The position numbers and the translations under genes are program-made. DNA of 32,000 bases, taken from assembly GCA_000175855.1 (NCBI GenBank), contig ACYB01000042.1, positions 180,001-212,000 on the forward strand, written 5' to 3'. This DNA is from Raphidiopsis brookii D9 (GTDB lineage: Bacteria > Cyanobacteriota > Cyanobacteriia > Cyanobacteriales > Nostocaceae). The first letter of the stretch is position 1. The number at the start of each line of letters is the position of its first letter. The notes beneath the pieces were generated by a model. That model had not been told where the DNA came from. It saw only the letters and a program-made list of their open reading frames with translations, and did not search any database. This document shows, piece after piece, positions 18,399 to 27,928 of this stretch.

Positions 18399-19993
18399 TT
18401 TTCTCCAACTGTCCACCAAGCTAGGGCATAGTCTTGTTTTGATCGGTTAACTTGGTTTTTAAAATCTACGCGCACCTTATACTTACCACCCTCAGGTATA
18501 CTGCAAAAAATATGCTCCACATTGTCAATTTGACTTATGGAAGAACAATTGGAAACTTTTATGTTTTTTTCATCGGTTTTTAAGAGGTGAATATCTAAAT
18601 CATTTATTCCTTTGTCTATAAATGTTTCGTCCGTATCATATAATTGGTTTTGGTTAGTATCTTCTAGTTCTACTAGTCTGTCCCAGGTCAAGGTGATGGC
18701 CACAAAACTATCTTTTTTTAAGGGTTTTCTCAGGCTATAGTCTATTGATGAGTTGGCACTAATCCTATGATAATCCCAACCAATGGCTGGTATTTTATTA
18801 CCAGGACCCCATTGTCCCCACATAAATTGTTGGTAGGCACGAAAGACATTTAAATGACCTGAACCCATTTGGGGATCTAAGGGAATTCCCGTATTTTGAT
18901 AGGCCTGGGAAACTAGCCAATCTCTATTTTGTTTATCTACTAATGTCCTGGTCATTCCCAGTCTTAGTCCATTACCATTATCTAGGATTTTCTCCGCTGA
19001 GTTTAATAGTACGGCTTTCATCACTTGATGTCTCCTGGCATTAATGTTCCAATTTCCAGCCTGATCCCTTATTTGTCTATCAGCAAATTCTTGTAACAGA
19101 CCTATGGCGGCCGTTACCTGGGGCGCTGCAAAACTTGAACCAGTAGATTTATTTAATTTACCATCCGGGTTAATTACCGGAATATTTGTCCCAGGCGCTA
19201 CTAAACCTACGGAACTCCGCCCATCAATGTTAAATTCCTTCCCTAACAAGCGATCGCTCACTTCTTGGTTATTTCCTGCTAAATTAGAAACATGAAGTTT
19301 ATCAAAAATTCCTCTCCTTGCTGATGAAAAGGCCACGTTAATGGCGTTAAAATTGTCTGTAGGAATGGAAATTCCTCCTTTACCCTGATTTCCAGCAATT
19401 ACATAGGTTACATCATGCACTCGACTTGACCAGTCAACACATAAAGTTAGTAGGGCTTTACCATCTAACACTGGTTCTGGTCTAGGATCGCGGTTAAGGG
19501 GTTCGCCAAAACTAAAGTTAATAGCTCGTAAATCCCCACCATTTTGTAGGGCAATATGTTGTGCTGACAAACACTCCTCTGATTGACCTAAGTTACGACC
19601 AAATCCAACAGCGGAGGAGTATAGTCTGGCTTGGGGTGCTACTCCTGGAAGAGACTTGTTTTGACTAGTCATCACTCCAGCTACATTGTAGGCATGAGTA
19701 TCAACACCAAAGTTAGACTGGGCGGGTGCATTCAGTGAAAATACGGCAGTTGGGGTAACGGCACGGTTTTTAGATACGGCTTTATCCAAGCCAAATAAAC
19801 CGGGACGGCCGATTTCTACCTGACCCAGGGCAATTTTACGACCGGTTAATTTATAGGGTGGTTGGTGTAAAATCAGAGCATTAATACCATTAGTTCCTAG
19901 AAAACTGCTGGATTGGAAAGATGCAAGCGCTGGTATACCTAAGGAGTAAATACCTAAGACGCATACAATTAAAGTTTTCTTCATAGCTTTCAA
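18395..19993 (-). CDS. Secreted subtilisin-like (S8 family) serine peptidase
   Basis: 532 aa with signal peptide [24 protein letters not shown]. It has the His motif [11 protein letters not shown], the oxyanion Asn in [10 protein letters not shown] and the Ser motif [16 protein letters not shown]. The C-terminal ~130 aa look like a beta-sandwich accessory domain. Confidence 0.8.
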   Translation of the reverse strand: MKAMKKTLIVCVLGIYSLGIPALASFQSSSFLGTNGINALILHQPPYKLTGRKIALGQVEIGRPGLFGLDKAVSKNRAVTPTAVFSLNAPAQSNFGVDTHAYNVAGVMTSQNKSLPGVAPQARLYSSAVGFGRNLGQSEECLSAQHIALQNGGDLRAINFSFGEPLNRDPRPEPVLDGKALLTLCVDWSSRVHDVTYVIAGNQGKGGISIPTDNFNAINVAFSSARRGIFDKLHVSNLAGNNQEVSDRLLGKEFNIDGRSSVGLVAPGTNIPVINPDGKLNKSTGSSFAAPQVTAAIGLLQEFADRQIRDQAGNWNINARRHQVMKAVLLNSAEKILDNGNGLRLGMTRTLVDKQNRDWLVSQAYQNTGIPLDPQMGSGHLNVFRAYQQFMWGQWGPGNKIPAIGWDYHRISANSSIDYSLRKPLKKDSFVAITLTWDRLVELEDTNQNQLYDTDETFIDKGINDLDIHLLKTDEKNIKVSNCSSISQIDNVEHIFCSIPEGGKYKVRVDFKNQVNRSKQDYALAWWTVGEN

Positions 19994-20109
19994 TAACCTA
20001 TAGAGGAAGTTCTGTTCGTCAGCTTCCCAGGGAAAAAATTCCTAATTTGTAATTGCACCATATTCTGTTACCATACTTACAGACGAAGACGATAAAAAAC
20101 CCACTAGCC

Positions 20110-20820
20110 ATGACTCAAAACCGATCTCAAAAGCCCATAGTTATTGCTCCATCCATCCTATCAGCAAACTTTAGTCGTTTAGGCGAAGACATTCGTGCGG
20201 TAGATGCAGCAGGAGCAGATTGGATTCACGTTGATGTAATGGACGGACGTTTTGTTCCCAATATTACCATTGGTCCTCTGGTTGTGGAGGCGATTCGTCC
20301 AGTTACAACCAAACCCCTGGATGTCCACTTGATGATTGTGGAACCAGAAAAATATGTAGAAGGTTTTGCTAAAGCTGGTGCGGACATTATTTCCGTCCAT
20401 GCTGAACATAATGCTTCACCTCATCTGCATCGGACTTTAGGACAAATCAAGGAGCTGGGTAAACAAGCTGGGGTTGTGCTCAATCCTGGGACACCTTTAC
20501 AACTAATCGAGTATGTACTAGAACTGTGTGATTTAGTGCTGATCATGAGTGTTAACCCTGGTTTTGGTGGACAAAGTTTTATTCCCAGCGTGGTGCCCAA
20601 AATTCGCCAATTGCGTCAAATGTGTGATGAAAAGGGTTTGGATCCTTGGATTGAGGTTGATGGTGGTTTAAAAGCTAATAATACTTGGCAGGTATTAGAA
20701 GCTGGAGCTAATGCCATCGTAGCAGGTTCAGCTGTATTTAATGCTCCTGACTATGCCCAGGCCATTGAGAATATTCGTCATAGCAAACGTCCTGTCAAGG
20801 AACTGGCCGTTTCTCTATAA
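20110..20820 (+). CDS. rpe: Ribulose-phosphate 3-epimerase
   Basis: The sequence [56 protein letters not shown]...[14 protein letters not shown]...VDGG is a classic Rpe. The ATG at 20110 is preferred over the track start at 20053. Confidence 0.92.
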   Translation: MTQNRSQKPIVIAPSILSANFSRLGEDIRAVDAAGADWIHVDVMDGRFVPNITIGPLVVEAIRPVTTKPLDVHLMIVEPEKYVEGFAKAGADIISVHAEHNASPHLHRTLGQIKELGKQAGVVLNPGTPLQLIEYVLELCDLVLIMSVNPGFGGQSFIPSVVPKIRQLRQMCDEKGLDPWIEVDGGLKANNTWQVLEAGANAIVAGSAVFNAPDYAQAIENIRHSKRPVKELAVSL

Positions 20821-20845
20821 CGACTTTCCATCAAAGGGGATGTGG

Positions 20846-21295
20846 TCAATTATCTGGTTGTAAATCAACAGCATACTGTTTAAATCTTTCTAAGTCTGCT
20901 TGAAGCGTTGATTCCACCACCCGACCTAAAAACAAATTGTCCATCAACTTACCAAGGATTCCTGGTATAGCGTAGGCGACCGTCATTTTGACAATACTAC
21001 CCTCCTGATGGCGGTCATAAAAGCGAATAGCTCCCTGATTTGGTAGGCCATCAACCGATTCCCACTGGATAATTTGCTGGGAGGTAATTCGGAGGATGCG
21101 AGATTTCCAGGTGAATTCCAGACCACCCGTGCTCAGTTTCCAAAGGGAGATATTGGGGTCATCGGTGGAGATATTCACCGAATCAATCCATTTCATCCAT
21201 TTGGGCATTTGTTGTAAATCAGACCACAATTCCCATACTAGTTCTATGGGAACTGGAACTTCTATCTGTACGCTATGCTCTAACCAGTCAGCCAT
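20846..21295 (-). CDS. SRPBCC-superfamily (cyclase/dehydrase, START-like) protein
   Basis: 149 aa. The pattern HSVQIEVPVPIELVWELWSDLQQMPKWMKWIDSV is typical of polyketide-cyclase/dehydrase-like lipid-binding folds. Confidence 0.6.
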   Translation of the reverse strand: MADWLEHSVQIEVPVPIELVWELWSDLQQMPKWMKWIDSVNISTDDPNISLWKLSTGGLEFTWKSRILRITSQQIIQWESVDGLPNQGAIRFYDRHQEGSIVKMTVAYAIPGILGKLMDNLFLGRVVESTLQADLERFKQYAVDLQPDN

Positions 21296-21352
21296 GGGAT
21301 TTGAGTTTTGTTTGAGACTTTACATCTTAAATTTTAGAGGGTCAATTAACTG

Positions 21353-22797
21353 TCACTTAAAAATTCCCCCAGTTGCTAAAATTGCCTTAGCTGCTCGTTT
21401 ACCAGAAATAGTCGCCCCCTCCATACTATCAATATAGTCTTGTTGCGTATAACTGCCAGCTAGGAAAAAGTTGCCCACAGGTGTTTTCTGATCTGGACGG
21501 TATGGATCCATCCCTGGTGCTTCTCTGTAGAGAGATTGGGCCAACTTGACTACACTGTACCAAGTCATGTTCAACTCCCTAGAAGAAGGAAACAACTCAT
21601 GAACTTGCTTGAGTACGTGGTGAGCGATCGCCTCATTACTTTGTTTAATAAAGGGATCACCGGGTGTGAGAACTAGCTGCATGAGGGAACCTTGTCCGGG
21701 ACGATAATAATCTGCGGGACTGGTTAGGGCCAAATCAGCAAAACAGGAGAAGTCAGCATCGGCGGTATATAATAAATTATCTATACCGACAGCTTGATGG
21801 AGCTGGTGACGTTTTTCTGAGTCTTGTAGTTCTGTCACCCATCCATCGAACCGGAGTTGTACAGTAGCAACGGGTACTGCATCTAACTTGTAAATATTGT
21901 CAAATTCTGGCCACTTGCGCCAGGATGGGGGAAGAACGCGCTGAATTCCTGGCACATCACAAGCAAAAACATAAGCATCTGCTGTGATTAGTTCTTCCTG
22001 CTCACCTTGAGCGACCAATATACCTGTAACCTCAGATTGGGAGTCAGACTCAGTAAATTTAATTTCTCGCACTTGACGACGGGTATGAATTTTGGTTCCC
22101 CTATTCGTCAAATAATTAACAATAGGTTGATGTAAATATTCTTGAGGTGAACCTTCCAGCATGCGTAGAATAGAAGCTTCGGTTTTAGCTGCAAAGAACT
22201 GGAAAATTGTCAACATGCAACGGGCAGAAATATGGTCACAATCGATAAAACCCAAAGCATAAGCAATAGGATTCCACATCCGTTTGATGCTCCCTTTACT
22301 CCCTCCATGACTGTAGAACCACTCAGAAAAGCTAATCCTATCTAAATTGCGGATATCCCTCATAGCTCCTTCAAAGTCAATCAGACCTCGAACGATAGGA
22401 CTAGTGCCCAGAGCAAGAGCATTTTGTAACTTGTCTTGTAATGAAAGTTGGGAAGTGGTAAAAACGCCTTTAACCCATTAAAAGGTGCGCCAGTAATAAA
22501 TCGAAAGTCTAAAGCTCCCGTATTTCCACCTTTATTGACAAAGACGTGAGTGTGTTCCTTGAGACGTAAATTATTGCCTGCTCCCACCTTTGCCATCAGC
22601 TCAAATAGATTGTAGTAGCATCCAAAAAATACATGCAGTCCCATTTCTATGTGATTGCCATCACCATCCACCCAACTGCTGACCTTACCACCGACAAATG
22701 GGCGAGCTTCGAAAATTTCCACATCCCAACCCGCATCAGCTAAATCTACAGCAGTAGCTAATCCAGCCAATCCTGCTCCCACAATTACAACACGCAT
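21353..22797 (-). pseudogene. crtQ: Zeta-carotene desaturase, interrupted by one frameshift
   Basis: ORF 22381-22803 has the FAD-binding N-terminus [39 protein letters not shown] and goes to nonsense after ...[13 protein letters not shown] 21353-22363 carries the rest. Adding one T to the T5 run (plus-strand A5 at 22460-22464) gives ...[49 protein letters not shown].... The span is 1445 nt (3n-1), and restoring one base gives 481 aa. Confidence 0.88.
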
Positions 22798-23051
22798 TCC
22801 CAAAAAATTCCTTTATTGCTTAGACCCAGTTATCATTTTCCCTTGTTTACAAATTGTAACTTGAATTGGGGTCAAAAATTTGCGAAGCTATAGCAACCAC
22901 AGCATCTAAGAATTTTTATTCTAAAATAAGGTTGTTAGGTCTATTCAGACAAACTTTTTTCATGTTTTGCCACCTATGGGAAGAGGGCATAACTAACACT
23001 CATTTAAACCTAACATATTTAAACTCACTAAGTTAACACTGAAGTAATTTT

Positions 23052-24665
23052 ATGACAGGTTTTAGTCCATCCACTATTCGTAGATTAAAGAAATTGACGC
23101 AAGTGCCCTGTGTATGGGAGGGAGATCGGCGTACACTTTTGTCACCAGTGGTCAGTGAAGAATTTGAATTACCAGCTGGGGAGTGTATTCTCTGGGTGGA
23201 TGGTTCGGAGGGAGTTATTAGAAGTATGGAGGTAATAGGCTCAGTACAAGGAAGGGAAGCCATGGTGCGTACTCTAATACAGGCAATGGAACATCCGCAA
23301 GGTGGAAATAAACGTGCCAGACCCCAAAAAATCCTCGTACGGGACAGAGAAGTTCAATTTTACCTGCGAGGGATTTTACAAGGTTTGGACATTGTAGTTG
23401 ATTATTCACCAGAACTACCACTGATTGATCAAATTTTCCAGTCCTTTGGTGAGGTGATGGAAAGCTATGTCCCCCCTTTACCCCCAAAATACGCAGAAGA
23501 TCTTACAAAAAAGGCTTACAAAATTTGGGAAATGGCACCATGGGAATTCGTCCATCCAAATAAGATTATTTCCATAGAAATTAATAAGTGGGATATAGAA
23601 AAACTTTATGTTTCAATTATGGGAGGTGCTGACTATACCTTGTTGTTCTACCGTTCTGCAGAGTCTCTGACAAGATTCCGCACGGATTTTTACCACTGCT
23701 ATGAAGAATCTGAAGACGAGTCTTTGGAATCAGCTTTTCTCCAGCAGGATTGCCTATTTCTCACTTTTGATCCCATAGATGAGGATGATCAAGACATGGA
23801 GACAGAAGATGAAGATATAGGGTATTTACCATCCTCAGAAATTGAACCCGATTTTGGGACTATCCACCCTTTGGAAGGATTAAACTCCATTCTGTACGAA
23901 GAAGAAGCACAGATTATGTATGTTGCACTCGAAAGCGTCATCCGTTTTCTACGTGACCATAAACGTCCCCTGTCCCAAAAGGATTTCCCGGTAATTACCC
24001 GACGCTATCGCATTTCTGTACCTGATTGTGATCAAGGCAATCAAAATGTATCTGTCAATATTTGTACCATGCCAGAACTGTATTCACAGTTATATGAGAT
24101 TGAAAGTGCCCATTTAGTGGAAGTGGAAGATGATTTCGATCAGATCGAGCAATTACGGTATGACTTAATACCGGAAGGTTGTTTGCTGTCTATTGGAACC
24201 ATACCCTGGAACAGCTTAATTTCTCTACCTCCTAACATTAGACATTTAGGAGGTCACAAAATTAAGGCTAAATGCGACACGATCCCTATTGTTTTAGTAC
24301 AAACTTCTCGCGCAAAAGCAAACACTATCATTAAAAATATTCGCGATGCAGGAGATATTACAGGGATTTGCTTTAGTACTGTAGATAGTCACCAAGATGG
24401 AAAAAAAGTTGATTTGAGTATCCTGCAAACACAAAATGAGAACCTGTTCTTAATTACGGAATTTTCACACGAGGATGAAAACTATATTGCATCCCACAAA
24501 AGATGGAAGAGAGCGTGTCACCTCAATGGTGGCCATTGTGGATTAGTCATTACCAAGGGACTCTCCAACAACCGTGGTAATCCCGGAATCGATGATATTA
24601 TGGCCTTCTTTGATGGAAAATGTATTACCCCTCAAGAATTAAGCATCAGGTTTTCAGAAATCTAA
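23052..24665 (+). CDS. Large conserved hypothetical protein (537 aa), function unknown
   Basis: A long uninterrupted ORF with coding-like composition. It has an acidic linker (DPIDEDDQDMETEDEDIGY). The N-terminal region (ILWVDGSEGVIRSMEVI...RPQKILVRDREVQFYLRGILQGLDIVV) resembles uncharacterised DUF-type domains I cannot name with certainty. Confidence 0.55.
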   Translation: MTGFSPSTIRRLKKLTQVPCVWEGDRRTLLSPVVSEEFELPAGECILWVDGSEGVIRSMEVIGSVQGREAMVRTLIQAMEHPQGGNKRARPQKILVRDREVQFYLRGILQGLDIVVDYSPELPLIDQIFQSFGEVMESYVPPLPPKYAEDLTKKAYKIWEMAPWEFVHPNKIISIEINKWDIEKLYVSIMGGADYTLLFYRSAESLTRFRTDFYHCYEESEDESLESAFLQQDCLFLTFDPIDEDDQDMETEDEDIGYLPSSEIEPDFGTIHPLEGLNSILYEEEAQIMYVALESVIRFLRDHKRPLSQKDFPVITRRYRISVPDCDQGNQNVSVNICTMPELYSQLYEIESAHLVEVEDDFDQIEQLRYDLIPEGCLLSIGTIPWNSLISLPPNIRHLGGHKIKAKCDTIPIVLVQTSRAKANTIIKNIRDAGDITGICFSTVDSHQDGKKVDLSILQTQNENLFLITEFSHEDENYIASHKRWKRACHLNGGHCGLVITKGLSNNRGNPGIDDIMAFFDGKCITPQELSIRFSEI

Positions 24666-24892
24666 GTATTACTTATTACTCAATATTACTGAGTCCAACA
24701 ATTTTTATGTTAATCTGTAGTTTTCCGTAGTGCCGTTAGGCAATAATTGTTGTATGATTATGGTTTGGACAGTTTAACTCCTATACAACCCAAAAAAGAC
24801 CAAAAAAGTTGGATAATTCCGGGTTTTATCGCCTGGAAGTTTGGAAATAAAGGTATCATTTTCTACTCTTAACAAGCGGGAATTTGTGTCTG

Positions 24893-25087
24893 ATGACTAA
24901 CAAAAAATGGGCTGTTAAACGTATAACCGTCAATCTGGCAACACAAGAGGCTGAAAAACTGGAAAAATATTGTCAACAAACCGGAAGACCAGCTACAGAT
25001 GTGATTCGTGAACTCATTAGGAGCTTACCCAATAATGATGAGTATAAGTCCTTAGCAATCGAAGGTTTATCCAGCACTCACTTTTAG
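24893..25087 (+). CDS. Small ribbon-helix-helix (CopG/Arc-like) protein
   Basis: 64 aa from the ATG at 24893. The segment [37 protein letters not shown] shows the beta-strand, helix, helix pattern of RHH DNA-binding proteins. No adjacent toxin-like partner is present. Confidence 0.5.
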   Translation: MTNKKWAVKRITVNLATQEAEKLEKYCQQTGRPATDVIRELIRSLPNNDEYKSLAIEGLSSTHF

Positions 25088-25194
25088 CCAGGTTTGGAGC
25101 AAAACAACCAAAACAATGGTACAATTACATCAGGACTAGTTTAATTCTCAAGAATCCTCAAAAAGTCTATTTAGCTAAGGAGTTTAAATCAGAT

Positions 25195-25551
25195 ATGACA
25201 CCAGTAGCTCAAACTCAACAACGCGGAATTATTCTCAGTGAGTCCGCATTACGTCAAGTAAAATCCCTCCAATCTCAACAAGGCCAGGATTTATGCCTGA
25301 GGGTGGGAGTTCGTCAAGGCGGTTGTTCTGGAATGTCCTACATGATGGATTTTGAAGACCTCTCTAAAATTACCCCCCAGGATGAGGTTTTTGATTACGA
25401 TGGCTTTAAAATTGTTTGCGATCGCAAGAGTTTATTATATCTATATGGATTAATGCTAGACTACAGCAATGCTATGATTGGTGGAGGTTTCCAATTTACC
25501 AATCCCAATGCTTCCCAAACCTGTGGTTGTGGCAAATCCTTCGGGGTATAA
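25195..25551 (+). CDS. Iron-sulfur cluster insertion/assembly protein, HesB/IscA/SufA family
   Basis: 118 aa with [12 protein letters not shown] and the C-terminal CGCGKSF, which provide the three conserved cysteines of A-type carriers. Confidence 0.88.
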   Translation: MTPVAQTQQRGIILSESALRQVKSLQSQQGQDLCLRVGVRQGGCSGMSYMMDFEDLSKITPQDEVFDYDGFKIVCDRKSLLYLYGLMLDYSNAMIGGGFQFTNPNASQTCGCGKSFGV

Positions 25552-25585
25552 TGACTAAATTAATTCAACTAATTAATTCAACACA

Positions 25586-26011
25586 ATGACCGTGACAGTT
25601 GAGGAACTATTTGATACAGGGTTACAGCGATATAAGGATGGTGAGTCTGCTGCAGATCTCATCCCTCTATTTAAAGAGGTGTGCGATCGCTCACCGAAAT
25701 CAGGTTCGGCATGGATATGTTTAGCCTGGTTGTATCTTTTAGAAGAAAAAGGCCAACTAGCCTATAAAGCGGCGAGTAAAGCAGTCAAGATCAACCCCCA
25801 AGATCCCCAAGGTAGGGTTAATTTAGCCCTAGCCATGTTAGAGACAGGTCAAAAGGGTTTAAGAGAACACATAATAGCTGCCCAGCAATTGATTTTCGTC
25901 AATAAAGAATGGGAAGAAGACCTGAGAAATAGTATTGAGGATGGTTTAGCTAGAAAGCCCAACTGGAACAATTTAGCTAAAGTGAAAACATGGTTATTTG
26001 ACATCAGTTAA
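25586..26011 (+). CDS. TPR-like repeat protein
   Basis: 141 aa, helical, with repeats such as SAWICLAWLYLLEEKGQLAYKAASKAVKINPQDPQGRVNLALAMLETGQ resembling tetratricopeptide units. Confidence 0.5.
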   Translation: MTVTVEELFDTGLQRYKDGESAADLIPLFKEVCDRSPKSGSAWICLAWLYLLEEKGQLAYKAASKAVKINPQDPQGRVNLALAMLETGQKGLREHIIAAQQLIFVNKEWEEDLRNSIEDGLARKPNWNNLAKVKTWLFDIS

Positions 26012-26022
26012 AGCATAATTCG

Positions 26023-26262
26023 ATGAAGGAAAAAATATTAAACTGGGTTAATATAATACTAGTAGCCGACTTTTTCCTAGTGATTTTAGGATTTGGCTGG
26101 TTTGCCATAGCCATTGTAGGTAATGCTTCAGGGATGAACTTAGGATTAGACCTTTGGCATAAACTATGGACCCCCCTATTCAATCCAGCCATTGGCTTGC
26201 TCATGGGGGGAGCATTAGTCAGTGGAATTAGCAGTTGGGTGAGTAAGAAATTTAGCAATTAG
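26023..26262 (+). CDS. Small two-TM membrane protein, hypothetical
   Basis: 79 aa with two clear hydrophobic helices (IILVADFFLVILGFGWFAIAIV and PAIGLLMGGALVSGISSWV). It is preferred over the overlapping antisense ORF 26004-26258, whose sequence looks non-protein-like. Confidence 0.5.
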   Translation: MKEKILNWVNIILVADFFLVILGFGWFAIAIVGNASGMNLGLDLWHKLWTPLFNPAIGLLMGGALVSGISSWVSKKFSN

Positions 26263-26266
26263 CGAA

Positions 26267-27190
26267 TCAGGTTAAAATTTCCCGTAACGCGGAGGAAAGA
26301 AGGGGGTACTGATACTCAAAACCCAATGCTTGAGTACGTTGAGGTAGAACCCGTTGTCCTTCCAGAACCACCATCGCGCCCTCCCCCAAAAGTGCTTCCA
26401 GGGCGAATCCGGGTACTGGTAGCCAAGCGGGACGGTTCATCACCTGTGCCATTGTATTGCTAAGGTCTTTCATTTGCACAGGATGGGGAGCAGTAGCATT
26501 GTACACACCTTGTGCATTTGGATCAACCAAAGACTGAATAATTAGATTTACAATATCGTTGAGATGAATCCAAGAGAACCACTGATTACCACTACCAATG
26601 GGACCGCCCGCAAAAAGTTTGAAGGGAGTAATCATTTTACCTAAAGCACCACCATTACCCAGGACAATACCAAAGCGCAAAATGACCAACCGCACATCAT
26701 AATTCCTCACCATTTGTGCTTGTTCTTCCCACTGTTGACAGACCTGAGCGAGAAAATCTTTACCTGTGGGGCTATTTTCATCAAAAGTAGCGGTTTGACT
26801 AGTGCCATAAAAACCAATAGCTGAAGCATTAATCAACACAGATGGTTTAGGTTTGGCTTCAGCTATCGCTTCGACAATTTTTTGGGTGCCCAACTTGCGA
26901 CTGTTAAGAATGTCCAGCTTGTGTTCTGGAGTCCAGCGTTGTTGAGTGATGGGTTCCCCTGCTAGGTTTACCACACCATCACAACCAGCAATTCTACTTT
27001 GCCAGACTCCAGATACACCAGGTGTGTAAGCCAAAATTTCCACATTGGGAAAAACCTCGGAAGGAAAAATCCTAGCAGCGGATCTAGTAGGATTACGACT
27101 TAACACTAATATTTTTTCACCTCTGTCATGTAGACATTGGACTAAACGACTACCGACAAATCCAGTTGCTCCAGTAACTGCTACTTTCAT
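26267..27190 (-). CDS. TIGR01777/YfcH-type epimerase-family protein (SDR N-terminus plus DUF1731-like C-terminus)
   Basis: 307 aa with MKVAVTGATGFVGSRLV, NASAIGFYG, QWFSWIHLNDIV and the C-terminal LLGEGAMVVLEGQRVLPQRTQALGFEYQYP. Confidence 0.8.
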   Translation of the reverse strand: MKVAVTGATGFVGSRLVQCLHDRGEKILVLSRNPTRSAARIFPSEVFPNVEILAYTPGVSGVWQSRIAGCDGVVNLAGEPITQQRWTPEHKLDILNSRKLGTQKIVEAIAEAKPKPSVLINASAIGFYGTSQTATFDENSPTGKDFLAQVCQQWEEQAQMVRNYDVRLVILRFGIVLGNGGALGKMITPFKLFAGGPIGSGNQWFSWIHLNDIVNLIIQSLVDPNAQGVYNATAPHPVQMKDLSNTMAQVMNRPAWLPVPGFALEALLGEGAMVVLEGQRVLPQRTQALGFEYQYPLLSSALREILT

Positions 27191-27266
27191 ATAGTTTATT
27201 TTTCACATACCGATGGTATTTTGGTTACTAATTGATCCCTATTTTATCACAATTGGATTTCCTTAG

Positions 27267-27656
27267 CTAGCCAAACCAATTCGACGGTTCACAACCAGGA
27301 TGAACTGGTTCATTCAAAATGTGACTAATTACATCAGCTTTAGCTTGAATGATAGCAAAAACTCCCTGGTGGACTAAATTTTGCAGATGTAGTTGCTGCG
27401 CTAAAAAGTTACCTGATAAATGTCTATTAAATAATCTATTGTCACCATTTTCCTCTTTATTCACCACCAGCAACATTTGGTCTTGACTAATCGTAGGACT
27501 AATGCCGGGTATGCGATTCATCACGAAAACAATCAACTCCTGACGTAAATCACTAATTTCAAAAACTTGCTGATAGGGACTGTATGGGTACGTGCGCAAA
27601 ATGCTTTCAATTTCCCCAATTACCAGTTCCTGTGTTAACTTAATCACGGTCTTCAT
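27267..27656 (-). CDS. Hypothetical protein, possibly ComFB-like fold
   Basis: 129 aa. The pattern LTQELVIGEIESILRTYPYSPYQQVF..DLRQELIVFVMNRIPG loosely resembles the ComFB-domain N-terminal pattern. This is a weak assignment by eye only. Confidence 0.3.
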   Translation of the reverse strand: MKTVIKLTQELVIGEIESILRTYPYSPYQQVFEISDLRQELIVFVMNRIPGISPTISQDQMLLVVNKEENGDNRLFNRHLSGNFLAQQLHLQNLVHQGVFAIIQAKADVISHILNEPVHPGCEPSNWFG

Positions 27657-27928
27657 AACTTTTGTACTCCATTTTATTAAAACGCCAAATTTCTATCTAT
27701 ATTGATAATTATTTAACAGTTCACAAGAATATGCTCAAAAACTACACGAAACTAAGTGTAAACATTAGGGATCAATTTTATAAAGGAAAAATAGGCAATA
27801 GGGGGGAGGGAGTGGGCAGTTGATAGACAAACTTTTTGATATATGTTACTATTGGTACAATCCGGTGGAAATCCATCGGGGAAGCAAAACATCAAAAAAC
27901 CTAAACATGGGATAAGGAGGAAAGAAAA

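Noticed and set aside
9199-25690. Eight perfect GCGATCGC octamers (9199, 9331, 9682, 12719, 19250, 21624, 25418, 25683), considered as a possible regulatory or repeat system
   Set aside because: This is the well-known HIP1 highly iterated palindrome of cyanobacteria. The copies are scattered inside coding regions, which makes them a lineage marker rather than a locus-specific feature.
26004-26258. Minus-strand 84-aa ORF overlapping the small membrane protein gene
   Set aside because: The plus-strand ORF 26023-26262 encodes two clean TM helices and follows the upstream gene with sensible spacing. The minus ORF is its antisense shadow.
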